From: Trichoplax adhaerens
Taxonomy: Eukaryota > Animalia > Placozoa
Length of the DNA: 64,000 nt
Direction of reading: 5' to 3'
Assembly (NCBI RefSeq): GCF_000150275.1
Contig: NW_002060945.1
Location: forward strand, 2,317,172 to 2,381,171
Positions 14,073-26,113 of the stretch are shown here, in pieces. Numbering within the stretch: position 1 is the stretch's first letter; each line of letters opens with the position of its first letter. Made by a program: the position numbers and the translations under genes. The notes beneath the pieces were generated by a model. That model had not been told where the DNA came from and made no database searches. It saw only the letters and a list, made by a program, of their open reading frames with translations.

Positions 14073-14948
14073 ATGGCAAAGGTAGTCTTAATCACTGGCT
14101 GTTCGACTGGAATCGGTCTTAAGTTAGCGCTTAGACTAGCTCAAAGTCAGAATCCAACTTATAAAGTCTATGCAACGATGAGAAATCTAGAAAAGCAAAA
14201 GCAATTGGTTCAAGAGGCTGGAAGCGCTTTAAATAAAACGCTGCTAATTCGTAAGCTAGATGTAGGAAAAAGTGATCAAGTGCAAAGTGTGGTAGAAGAA
14301 GCCGTGCAAAACGAGGGCAAAATTGATATTTTAGTTAATAACGCCGGTTTTGGATATGTTTGTGCTTTCGAAAGTATGCCTATGGATATCGCTCAACAAA
14401 TGATGGATACTAATTTTTTCGGCTGCATGCGTTGCATGCAAGCTTGTATTCCACATATGAAAAAACAAAACTGTGGGCATATTATTAATCTTAGCAGTCT
14501 AAGTGGCATCTACGGTACACCATTTCATGGTTTATATGCATCAACTAAGTTTGCAATGGAAGGTTTAAGTGAATCTTTAGCACCGGAATTAAGTTATTTT
14601 GGTATTTCCATTAGTTTAATTGAACCAGGCCCGGTTGCTACTACCTTTGTTGATACATGGATAGATCGTAGAAAAGATTCCAAAGAGAACAAACAGTTAG
14701 GCCAACAAACTCAAAAATTGACTGATGGTATCATCGATTTTATGACTAAGCGGCCACCTGATGTAGTGGAGAATGTCGATCATGTGGTTGATGTCATTAT
14801 GAAATGCATCAATGATAAACCTCCCTCACTTAGGTATCCAACAACAGAAGTGGTATTAAAGGCTGCTAAACGTAAATTTATTGATCCAACTGGTGACTCC
14901 GTAACTGATTTCACGACTAGTTTTTATCCCATTTTTAAAAAGGACTAA
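14073..14948 (+). CDS. Short-chain dehydrogenase/reductase, RDH8/HSD17B1-like (copy 1), intronless CDS, 291 aa
   Basis: VVLITGCSTGIG (TGxxxGxG), KVYATMR, ILVNNAG, catalytic Ser and YASTK, EGLSESLAPEL, SLIEPGPV. Confidence 0.93.
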   Translation: MAKVVLITGCSTGIGLKLALRLAQSQNPTYKVYATMRNLEKQKQLVQEAGSALNKTLLIRKLDVGKSDQVQSVVEEAVQNEGKIDILVNNAGFGYVCAFESMPMDIAQQMMDTNFFGCMRCMQACIPHMKKQNCGHIINLSSLSGIYGTPFHGLYASTKFAMEGLSESLAPELSYFGISISLIEPGPVATTFVDTWIDRRKDSKENKQLGQQTQKLTDGIIDFMTKRPPDVVENVDHVVDVIMKCINDKPPSLRYPTTEVVLKAAKRKFIDPTGDSVTDFTTSFYPIFKKD

Positions 14949-16374
14949 TCCTACTTTACGTGACCACATAGCAATGCAAGATATTGATCATTTCATATTA
15001 ACTCTGGAAATCTTGCAACTTTGATTTCATTTGACGAATACTAATTATTAACTGCAAATTCAAGCTGGGTTGAAGTCATATATTGTAACACTTTCTGCCT
15101 GCTCGGCTCAAAAACAAGTGATCCATTCCTTTCGATAATACTGTATATCCAACTAAAATTACACGAGCATAGAATTAGAAGTGATAAATCCAAGATGGCA
15201 TCATCAGATTGATATTTCTAGCATAAGCTGGTAGCCTACCGTTGTGATTATCATGTACAAGATATACTGTATCTTACAAGTTATATAACACTTTCTTAGT
15301 ACGCATTAATTGATGCCATTTATTTTTTGCTTATACAATATAGTATAAGCTGTCGGTAGAGAAAATAATTTACTGGTGGTAATGCAATTATTTTAAATTA
15401 TTTTAACACTTACTTCATCAGTCTAATTTGTTTATCATTTCATACTTTGATATGAAATAATTAACAATATCAACTGTTGAACATTGAATCAATTATATTT
15501 GTAAATTACAAATGGTAGAAACGTAAAGTAGAACATATTGCGTATATTCATTTAATTTGTATACAGTACACCAATTAATTTCAAGTTCTTATTAATGAAT
15601 CAATTATATTCTAATAATTATAAGAATTTACAATGATGACTAAAATTTGGAGGGATATTCTAAAAGCACGATATCTCTTACCACTTATCATGTGTATGGT
15701 TTAAAATTCTTGAAAAATAATTATATCAATGCTTTTGATATAGTATGATCTTTGTAGGAGTGGGTACTTTTGATATTATTGACGTGAAGTTATGATTGTC
15801 CAATATCGCTGACTGTTAACATTTAAATTTAATACTTCAAGGATAACTCTAATTCTATTCTTGCAAGGTCTTTACATTTAAACGATCTTTGGTATCCATA
15901 TTTGGAGCATTTAATACACAATCAACTAATACTGTGCTGATTATGCTACGTGATAATATACATAAAGTGTATAGCACGCGCTAAACAAGTAAATGTATTT
16001 ACTATAAATTTCATTTTATAATCACGTTTTGTGTGTACAGTATATGGTCTTAAGCCTTATTAACAAGTATAAAGCCTCAAGTGTACGCTTCTATAAATAA
16101 ATCTAAATTTGTGTGCATAGATCATGTTTGATGTTTTAGCTCATGTAGATCTAGAAGCATTTGTTCTAATAAATAGTTCTGTTGATATGGTAGTTTTGTT
16201 CGACAATCGCAGACACATCCCATGTTGTGATCATATTAATAATCAGTTACCATGACACTATTTTTTAGAGGAAGATAAATAGAAATTCTCATCATTAGTC
16301 GTTCAACAGTATATACATATCACAATATTAGTGAAGGTGTTTAGTAACATACAGTATATTATACATGCGAGTAT

Positions 16375-18190
16375 TCAAGTAGTAGAGCAAGGTTCTAGCA
16401 TTGATAGCATTAGGCAATAAAATAGTCTTGGCGTTACTGTTTCATCAAATGATAGATATTTCCATCCAATAAATTGGCCACAACTTGAGCAGATACCATA
16501 CGACCATGAAAACCTAGAGTATGATTGTTAGCACAGAAATAGCATTGATATTTTAAAAGCAGAAAGTTAAAAATAGCATTCAATAACACATAGTTCAATA
16601 CAATCATTAACTAACCCTGGAAACCAAGACTGATGGGTAGCCTCTTCACTACTCCACGAAGTATTTACGACCTGACTGGTTGTTACAGTTTCATACTGTT
16701 GCCCACCAGAATCGACGTAAATTGCTAATGGTCCAACTGATGACATACTAATCAAGTAAGTATAAAGCATAATTAATTTTCATGTTGAAGTTAACGATAC
16801 TTTCACATGAAATTATCCTACAAGCAAACTATAGTGGTAGGCGAGAGTGAACGTTCTTATTTCATCTAATTACTCATTTTACCTAATTACATCGGCATAA
16901 CGAGTAATGACTGCTTGACATTGTTGACAGCAAAGCTCGCTGTAACGATTTAAGTAACCAAGTATCGTGCGTAGTCTGTTTATTATATCATCCATGCTAA
17001 GTAGATTTAATCTCCATAGAATAGGTACAGGTAACTGGGAAGCCACATTGATAGAGAATTGATCACAACCAATATTATTTTGAAATATTTGGTGTGAGTT
17101 GTCGAACCAGCCTGAAATTTGTTTCTTGATTTTCTTTCGTAAGGTAGCTGTGTTATGATGGATCAAAAGAAGTTTACCAGAATAATCAATATGAATTGCA
17201 GTAAGACTACTAGTTAAAAAACTATCGCAGTCTACTATATCAGTGTTAGTTATGATAGTATGCTCAAGTTTACTTACTTTTATCATATAATCTATAAACC
17301 CATATTGGCCAGCAACTTAAGTTAGGACGAGGTTGGGCAAGTATGGTATTAGCCATAGCTAAATGATCTAAGGTAAATCAATACGTGTATAAGAAAATCT
17401 TTTTTTTTTCATACTACTAACCATTACGCCATGAGTGTTTGGCCATTTTAGCCAGGCATTTTAATTCAAACTATGTATTACTGTACTCTACTTTCAAGAA
17501 CGATACTGTCATAATTTCTCGTATATATTCGCGTATTACACGATGAGATTATTCTATCATCTAGACACTATAACCATGGCCAATCAAGCCAAATTCTATT
17601 CACTTGCTACTGTAACAAACAAGACGATAACAATTAATGATGATATCAAGGGTAAATGAAGTACCGTTAGCAGTTGGCTCTTGTGGATCTTGTAGAATCT
17701 TGACCTTGCCTGTCGCAAAGAGTTCGCCCTCGACTTGTGAAACTTGAAGTGTGACAAATTTCTGGCGCCCAATGAGTAAACCAACTAGACAACGATCTGA
17801 GCCAATTTGGAATGATTGGACATCTGCGGTAACACCATAGAGTGATAAAGCATCGACATGGCGATCATTTTGTCGATCTAAAATATGATTACATGTAACT
17901 AGTCCTATGCTTTGCTCTCCTGATAGAAACTCGTCAATTTCAATGTCAATATTCATAAATTCAGCAACACGAAATGGTAGTATTTGTCCAGGAAATAAGG
18001 TTATATTATGAAGAGCAAACAACGTAAGCTCTACAACTTGTCCATCTCGATATCGTTGACCAGTCGATGAAGTATCATCGCCATCACTATTTAAATACGG
18101 CGATAAATAATAGTGCTGACCAGGCAAGCTTTTATCGTACATCTTAGGGTTAGTCGTCTGTCCAGGATAACCTTCATTCATGCGCTCCAT
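16375..18190 (-). CDS. Divergent cereblon paralog (LON-N, helical bundle, CULT domain), 5 exons
   Basis: Exons 18190-17665, 17367-17278, 17147-16883, 16747-16616, 16513-16375 splice in frame with canonical GT-AG. Motifs: YDKSLPGQHYYL, ITLFPGQILPF, LSCWPIWVYRLYD, CCQQC, SWFPGFSW..CSSC..IGWKY. Confidence 0.9.
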
Positions 18191-18768
18191 TTCAATTAAT
18201 CGGGGGTTAATCACAACACGAGTAGCTCGATGAAATCATCAATTGTCCACTATGTGAACATACTAAGTCAATCAAAGCCAATTAGCAGGATCTAACTGAA
18301 TTCATTCTAAGTCTATAACTTGAATCAATAACATGAATGGAGATAGAGTGATCCTAGAGACAAATTGAAATGATCGAGTAGCAACAACATCGTCGTCCAA
18401 ATAATCATGGAAAGTAATCAAATCGACATTTAGTATTAAAATACGATCCACCTTCCACGCCCATGCCGACACACCCAAACAAGGCATAAAATGACTGCTA
18501 GAGCCAAGCTCATCCATACTCAATCCACTATCGTTATGGACGGTATGCGTATTAATGTAGGGAGTGTCTACGACTATCAGAAGAAGTCCTGCCTACCGTA
18601 CGTCCTGGACTAATTACTCGCTTGGGTAATGGACAGACGGATGCTACTGAATACAGTACAGTAGAATACTCTTGCTATAGGGCTTCAAGCCCACTCAATC
18701 TAGTTGACAGCAACCCTGCAATTAATTGGTAATAAAATAATAACTTTTGAACTTTTAGGCGTGCAACC

Positions 18769-19635
18769 ATGGTCAAGGTAGTTTTAATCACAGGATGTTC
18801 TACTGGAATTGGCTTGGCTTTAGCTGCACGATTAGCCAATAGTCCAGGAGCTGAGTATAAGGTATATGCAACGATGAGAGATGTTGGCAAACAAGGTCCA
18901 CTAGTGCAAGCGGCAGAAAATTCCATCAATAAAACTCTTTTAATTAGGAAATTAGATGTTTGTCAGGCTAATCAAGTAGAAGAAATTATGAAAGAGATAT
19001 TAGACACGGAAGGCAAAATTGATATTTTAGTCAATAATGCAGCGTTTGGCCTAGTTTGTGCTTTTGAGAATATGCCCATGGAAATTGCTCAAAATATGAT
19101 GGATACCAATTTTTTCGGATGCATGCGCTCCATGCAAGCTTGCATACCTGTCATGAAAAAGCAAGGCTATGGTCAGATCATTAATGTGAGCAGTTGCTCT
19201 GGCATATTTGGTGTCCCATTCTTAGGGTTATACAGTGCTTCTAAGTTTGCGTTAGAAGGTCTTAGTGAATCCTTAGCTCCGGAATTAAACGCTTTTGGTA
19301 TTAATATAAGTTTAATCGAGCCTGGACCAGTTAATACACCATTTATTGATACCTGGGTCAATATTCGACAAAATTTGAATGAGCAAGTCGATCAAAGAAC
19401 TGGCCAGATGGTAGATACTGTCGCTCAGACTATAATTAATCGGCCAATGGATGCTAGACAATCTGCAGATGGAGTAGTTGACGTTATTATGAAATGTATA
19501 CGTGATGAAAAGCCATTATTGAGATACCCTACTGCGGAGAGTGTGACCAATTTAAATAAGCGAAAATTAGTTGATCCAACCGGTCAAACCGTTTTGGATG
19601 TTACGAGAGGATTTTACCCAATATTCGATCAATAA
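18769..19635 (+). CDS. Short-chain dehydrogenase/reductase, RDH8/HSD17B1-like (copy 2), intronless CDS, 288 aa
   Basis: VVLITGCSTGIG, KVYATMRD, ILVNNAA, YSASK, EGLSESLAPEL; colinear paralog of 14073-14948. Confidence 0.93.
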   Translation: MVKVVLITGCSTGIGLALAARLANSPGAEYKVYATMRDVGKQGPLVQAAENSINKTLLIRKLDVCQANQVEEIMKEILDTEGKIDILVNNAAFGLVCAFENMPMEIAQNMMDTNFFGCMRSMQACIPVMKKQGYGQIINVSSCSGIFGVPFLGLYSASKFALEGLSESLAPELNAFGINISLIEPGPVNTPFIDTWVNIRQNLNEQVDQRTGQMVDTVAQTIINRPMDARQSADGVVDVIMKCIRDEKPLLRYPTAESVTNLNKRKLVDPTGQTVLDVTRGFYPIFDQ

Positions 19636-20361
19636 ATGTATTATAAGCTGTATGAGAGGATGATGAAGAAATCTCATTATAGCTTTACTTTAAGTTCATG
19701 ATTGATGAACTAGCTAGATGTATACGACATACATAATAATATTATAAACAATATAAAATTTCTGCTTATAGCTTCTACTGTGTAACCGTCTCTAAAATAA
19801 GTCAAATAAATGATTCTTTCTCTATCTTCAGACAGTTACTGCTAAACATTATGTTGGACAACTCATCAAATACACAGTTTTCAATTGTTGCACGGTAGCA
19901 ATTTGCAATTGATAATCACAGAGTCCCTGACTATATACGTTGCATACTGTATACTCGTATGCTACGGCTAAAGCTCGAAATAAGAGTACACAGACTTTCA
20001 GTAAGATTACTTGCTACAAAGAAAGGAAACAAGCTTCGTTTAGTTCATTTCAGATATGCAATAAAATGATTAAATGTTTTACTTTTTACTTATTAAAAGC
20101 ACTTACTTAGCCGTGTAAAGCTCGAAATTGGAAGGATTTTACTCTTAATTCGGGCTTTAGCCGGCTATTATGCATAATAACCGGATCGGGTTTTAGCTGT
20201 AACATATATACGAAATATATAATATACTCGTATACATTCAGTTATCAATATATCTCAGAGTAGAGTTTATAAATCTTAAAAAAATTAGGGAAAATTAACA
20301 AATTAGAAGATAAATTTACCAAATTTAATAAAATCGATTTTTGAAAGCCTGGCGTTGGTGC

Positions 20362-20622
20362 AAAGGGAGCTAATAATTTATATATATATATATATATATG
20401 TGTAATCATCCTGTAGTTCTACAAAGCATAAACTACTAGATATACCTATCTAGCCCAGTAATCCATGGTTATAGTTGTCAAAGCTAAGCATTATTGTAAA
20501 GGGAGCTAATAATTTATATCTATATGCGTAATCATCCTGTAGTTCTACATAGCATAAACTACTAGATATACCTATCTAGCCCAGTAATCCATGGTTATAG
20601 TTGTCAAAGCTAAGCATTATTG
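20362..20622. repeat. Near-perfect tandem duplication (~135 + ~125 bp); copy 1 carries a (TA)n expansion
   Basis: aaagggagctaataatttata...gctaagcattattg at 20362-20496 and again at 20498-20622. Confidence 0.95.
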
Positions 20623-21601
20623 AGGTTTATGCTTGCATACTAAATTTATACAGCAGTTTTAATTTGCTGTTAATACAAGTCAATCACTAGGCACCAGTTT
20701 TCGCCTCTCGCCAATATATTCTGTCAGCTTAGCTATATCGAACTGATTGAAAAATTGGATACGCAATCTAATAGACCTGCTAAGCATGGACGGTTGAGCA
20801 TATACGTCCACAGGCTAGAGAGCATTCAATCAGTCATGGCATAAAGCGTTCTATTCCATATGCATTTAATTCATCTTGTAGACTTAGCATAGGCAGCCAG
20901 GAGTATTAATAGCCCTTGGCTAGGTCTTAATTGTAGCTCTGATTCTGAAATACTGCTTGTATGCATATGCAATTATATCAAGTTAGGTTGCAAGCCTTGA
21001 TTAAGTTGGAGTCCAACTGTGCAAGCTTGCAGCCAAACCTCTAGCAGACTATAAACGTTGCGCAGAAAAGCTTTTTCTATCGCTTATTGAGTACTGAATG
21101 GGATGCAGTATACACCATCCAGATCGTGTTGACATTTTGGTCAAACCTACTTTAATGAGCCAAGCTCCCTATTGCTAGGACCAAGTACTGTCGATCGTAT
21201 AGGACTGAATGTACTGTATCATACTGTACCGTGGACAGCAAAGTGTCATGAAAGCCTAGCACAGTTGCCCTATATAATCCAAGAGGTTCTGCGGGTGTTA
21301 TTAGTTTTTATTATTATTAATTATTTTACTGTTGTGATTTATTGCAATTATGACAGCAGTAGATGAAGTTTTGAGCTTAAAGATCAAGTTTAGACCATCA
21401 TTTATCTTCTAATAGTCAGGAAAAATTAACCTGCATGCGCTTATAGTGTGTAGGAAGATAGAAATATTATCGAGCTAAGTTACCACTTGAAAGATCAGAT
21501 GTTTGCATAGGAAGGATAGATTGCTAGAAGAATTGCCTGACGAGGCTTGAACTTTTGAACGCTTTGCAATTTATTTCCATACTTTAAAGTCAAGTTAAAT
21601 T

Positions 21602-23940
21602 ATGGCTGACGAAGAGAACAACCATGATGATATTGAGATCGCTGAACCAAGCACAAGTGATGAAAGTATTAGCGATGATGAGAGTGATGACGAAGAATTT
21701 GATGATGCTGTTGACGATTGGGGTGACATTGATATTGTGGAGGTCGCCGGTGAACACGACGATGACGAGCAAGATACTAGCCAGGAATCGCAACAAGACG
21801 ATGATGACGACAGTAATGATCACAATTTCGATCCCTCTTTACCAGTTCATCATCAATATTTAGGCTCTAACTTAGAAGAATTTACTGGAAGGACAGTTTT
21901 TGAAGAAGATCAAGTCATTCAATTACCTATTCTAAGATTACCGTCGCTAGTTTTATTTCCTGGCGAAATGTTACCTCTTCATTTTTATATGCCTAATCAA
22001 GTTAATATGGTCAGAAATCTATTTAGGACAAATAGAACACTAGGTGTCGTCAATTTAAAGCATAGCAATCAACAATGTCGATATGGAACAACAGCTGAAA
22101 TTATATCAGTCCATGCAGATGAATTAGAAGGTGGGATAAGCGTTAAAAGTATTGGTAGGCAACGTTTTTATATCAAAAGTACAAGACGTCAAAGTGATGG
22201 AATACTGCTCGCTAATGTCGAGATTATGAAGGAATCGTCTGTAACCAAGTATCCAGCAGGTAGCTGATATGAGTAGGATAACCCTATTTCACAATAAGCA
22301 GTTTAAATGATCAATATAAAAATCGAATTATTTCTAATAGCAATCTGCGATACAAAATCAATCTTATGCCAGAAGAAAGGGTTTAAACAGTCGATGTACA
22401 AATCAAATTATTTCTACTAGTAATGTGGATAGTATCCTGACTCTAATAATATACTCTAGCATGATTATTAATGTCATCACTAATACTTTACTAATCCTAT
22501 TTTAAAATGGAAGAGTTTGAAACTTTGAATAGTCAATGTAATCAAATTATTTCTACTGATAGTGTAATAGTTTCAACGATATATTCTTGCATGACTATTG
22601 TTATCACCACTAGCATTTCACAAATTTTTACTATACTGCAGTAATAATACTAAGCAAAGTAATTCATAAAATCCGACATTGTAGGCTTCGTCATCTCGAA
22701 ACCTGGCTGTCGTAACCGAGCGTTGAGTACATACAAAAATCTATCACCTCACCCTAGCTGGCTCTACGAAATGTACAATGAAGGTAAAATATCAACTTTA
22801 AAGTGGACTTGACGAATGTATGTAATAATATCGGTAAAAATAATTGACAAATTAAGATAGAAAAGGCATCAAGTATCTCGTTACAATCAATATAGCTAGA
22901 TCGGGCTGTATGGCGATATATTGTATTGATATGGAAAGTAATCTTATTCCTATTAACTAGTTAAAATCCCATTTTGAAAATAGATTGATACTGTACGCCA
23001 GCATAAGTATACTAAGGGGAGATATATGTGCTTCACAATAAATATATATATATATATATATATATAATCGCAATTTTCAATATAGTGTAGTTGTTAATCT
23101 CCCTGCATAAAAGGACTAAGCGTTTTATACGTACAAGGCATTGAATTAACAACCATGTATGTTCTACTTGCAGATATTCTTATTCAAAGAATTAAGAAAG
23201 AGTTGCTGCAATGGAATAATGCTTTTAACCTATCTAATCTACCCGACGAACCGACGCGCTTTTCATATAAATTAGCTAATGGACTCCCACTAGATGACAA
23301 CATTCGGGTCGAATTATTAACATTGAATTGTACCGTGTACAGGCTACAAAAGGAACTGGATTTAATCTGTCGCTATACTATGTTATCATGCAGTACTTGT
23401 CAATCACCAATAACTGATAAAAAGAATATCTTCAGGTTAGCAATGATAACTTATCAATACTCGATTTTTGAACTCTGATCATCCCATAGTATAATCTATT
23501 TCGTAATATAAACAGAATAATTCTTATATTCCTCATAGAACTAATGCAATCATATTCACGACTTCATTTCTTATTTAGTATGTCCATGAATGGCCCAATG
23601 TCGTCCTTTGTTAATCCCGGTGGATACGTACATGATACCTTTACTGTCCGAAAAGTCTCCAATATTGTCACCATTGGACAAAAGTCACTACAATATAGCT
23701 GGTTTCCTGGGTAATCTTTAATTTATTTAATTTAAACCACCGGTAATGCAGTACTACCTTAATATTCCATCTCGCTTAAACTATAGGTATGCATGGACAA
23801 TTGCTCAATGTAGTAGTTGCCATCAACACATGGGTTGGAAATTTACAGCTACCAAACACTCATTAAATCCTAAACAATTTTATGGTCTTACTCGTTCTTC
23901 TGTTCAACCTGTTATTACACTTGATAGCACTACCGTTTAA
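21602..23940 (+). CDS. CRBN: Cereblon, CRL4 substrate receptor (canonical-type copy), 5 exons
   Basis: Exons 21602-22259, 22685-22783, 23174-23435, 23579-23710, 23787-23940. Acidic N-terminus, [84 protein letters not shown]. Confidence 0.97.
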
Positions 23941-26113
23941 ATGACTGAGCCAGTATTCTAAAGACTTTGGCAATGGTCTAATTTTAAAGTATTAAATGCA
24001 TATATCACTACGAACTTATCCTTAACTTTACCAACAGAGTTATCAATAAGATGGTTTCATATTAATACTTTCTCCTATACATCTTCTGATACTTGCTTTA
24101 ACTTAAAATTAAAAATTCTATACAAGAAATTTATTAACACAATTTTGATCTTAATATTTATTAGTGTATTTTTTTACTGTGCTACTGTCTTTATAAGAGC
24201 AAATTAATAAACTATTAAATTTTGAAGCTGTATTGTAGCTGTTTAGAAATTAACGTTAAAAGTATCATGAAACTAGACATATTGTGTAATATATGATTTA
24301 AGAGTATATAACTGGAAGCTTATTTATAAACATATAACAAATATATTGTTGCAGTCTAACAGAAGGCATCGTTTACTGTCTCTATTTGTCCTTTAAAAAC
24401 TAAATTTTATAACTTTAGCCAAATAAACTCTTTTGTGCGTATCGCATTACTTAATTTATTCACTTTGATGCTTGTCAAACTAGCAGATATCTCAAAGTTT
24501 TGAGTAGCTTAACTTCATCTAATAGTGACCAATCTACTGCTATGGCCTCTAAGAATTGAGGTAAGCTAATAATAATGCCAGTATTTCCTTCTGGTATATT
24601 ATATTGATGCATAAGGAATATTGTATTATCTTTGATTCCAACGTATATATCAATAATCTTGTGTTCAGTCTAATCTAAAAGCCATTACCTCCTAAGTTAG
24701 TTCGTAGGATAAATACACCAGTATTTTTCTATATGGCACTTGCTTAGAATTTGTGATATAATACACTTATTTACATTCGCGTATCTAATGCTTAGGTGTT
24801 TTCTTATTTATTTTTTTCTTACACATAGCATCATCATCAAATCCAATTTACAAACTGTCACGGTACGAACTACCATGAAGAAATAGCCATCTAAATTTGG
24901 TTAATATAATATAGTGATAATATATTACAACTAGTTACTTACAGTAGGAATTACTCTAATTATAAATGTGTTACAGTAAATTTAATGCTGTGCTGCAATG
25001 TGCTCTGAAATGATTCTGTGAATGGACATATTGTAGTCCAACTGTGAAAAATTAGTTAGTAGATGTTCTCACCTAAGTATTTTTATATGATGACTCATGA
25101 ATGTTAGCTGCTGTAGAAGGGTATATAAGCCCGTCAGATAGTTAAATAAAGGAGTTCTCAATTGTATAGTTGTTTTAACGTAGAATCAAAGGCGTCTAAA
25201 TTCTTGTGAGGTAGTTAAGGGATACTGAATCCCGGAGACTATAGTAATTTAGAGATTTGTTTTACGTTATCCTTGTCACGAAGCTGGTTTGTGACACAAA
25301 CACAGATGATTTTTTTATTATAATCTTTCATTACTGCTTTATTCGGAATATTTATTACAAGAAAAATCTATATTATTATTAACTATACAGATATAGTAGT
25401 TTTAGTAATTATAGTTATCATAATAAAATCTATGGGAAAATACCGATTTGATAAAGAAGAGAATTTTTTCACACCTCCTTAGCCAATTTACAAATACTGA
25501 TTCATTATCACTCTAATTCTTTTACCATCGGTTTAATCAGGAAGATCAAAATATAGTAAAATTTCGATTTTCGTATATGCTAGATAGGGTAGAGAATTTA
25601 TGCAATCACAGTTATCAGAATGATCTACCTACCGGGATGCCATGTCATAAATAGAAGAAATGGTTTTAATTTATTTTATATTATTCTTTTATAATATGTG
25701 TGAATATGACACTAGAACTCAATTAATTCTATTCTCGATAAAATCTGAAAGTGAATTTTACATTTCTACATCAATATTACTTTCTTTTACGTATAGTAAT
25801 ATCTATATGATGGATTTTTATACTATTATAATACAATCGATAGCTCAGACAAATAATGAAACAGTTTCTGTGGCCTATTAATGAACTAAAATAATGAAGA
25901 AAAGTTTGACATAAGTGACCGAGATTTATAGCAATTACCATAGCATTTATACTCATATACTTGTTCAAAGATGGGCTATTTACTTATAGAAACATTCTAA
26001 TATAAGATCGATTTAAGAATTAACAAAAATAAATAATTTGGTTTATCGGGATCAAATATTTTTACGTTAATGTCTTTATAAGGTGCAGTTTAATGTAACA
26101 CTTGTAGTAACGT

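Noticed and set aside
16375-18190. CRBN paralog as a pseudogene or Lon protease
   Set aside because: All exons splice in frame with canonical sites and structural residues are kept; a CULT domain is present and there is no AAA+ or protease domain.
18302-18929. Minus-strand ORFs 18302-18523 and 18675-18929
   Set aside because: The first lies upstream of in-frame stops before the CRBN-like ATG and has no homology; the second is an antisense shadow of SDR2.
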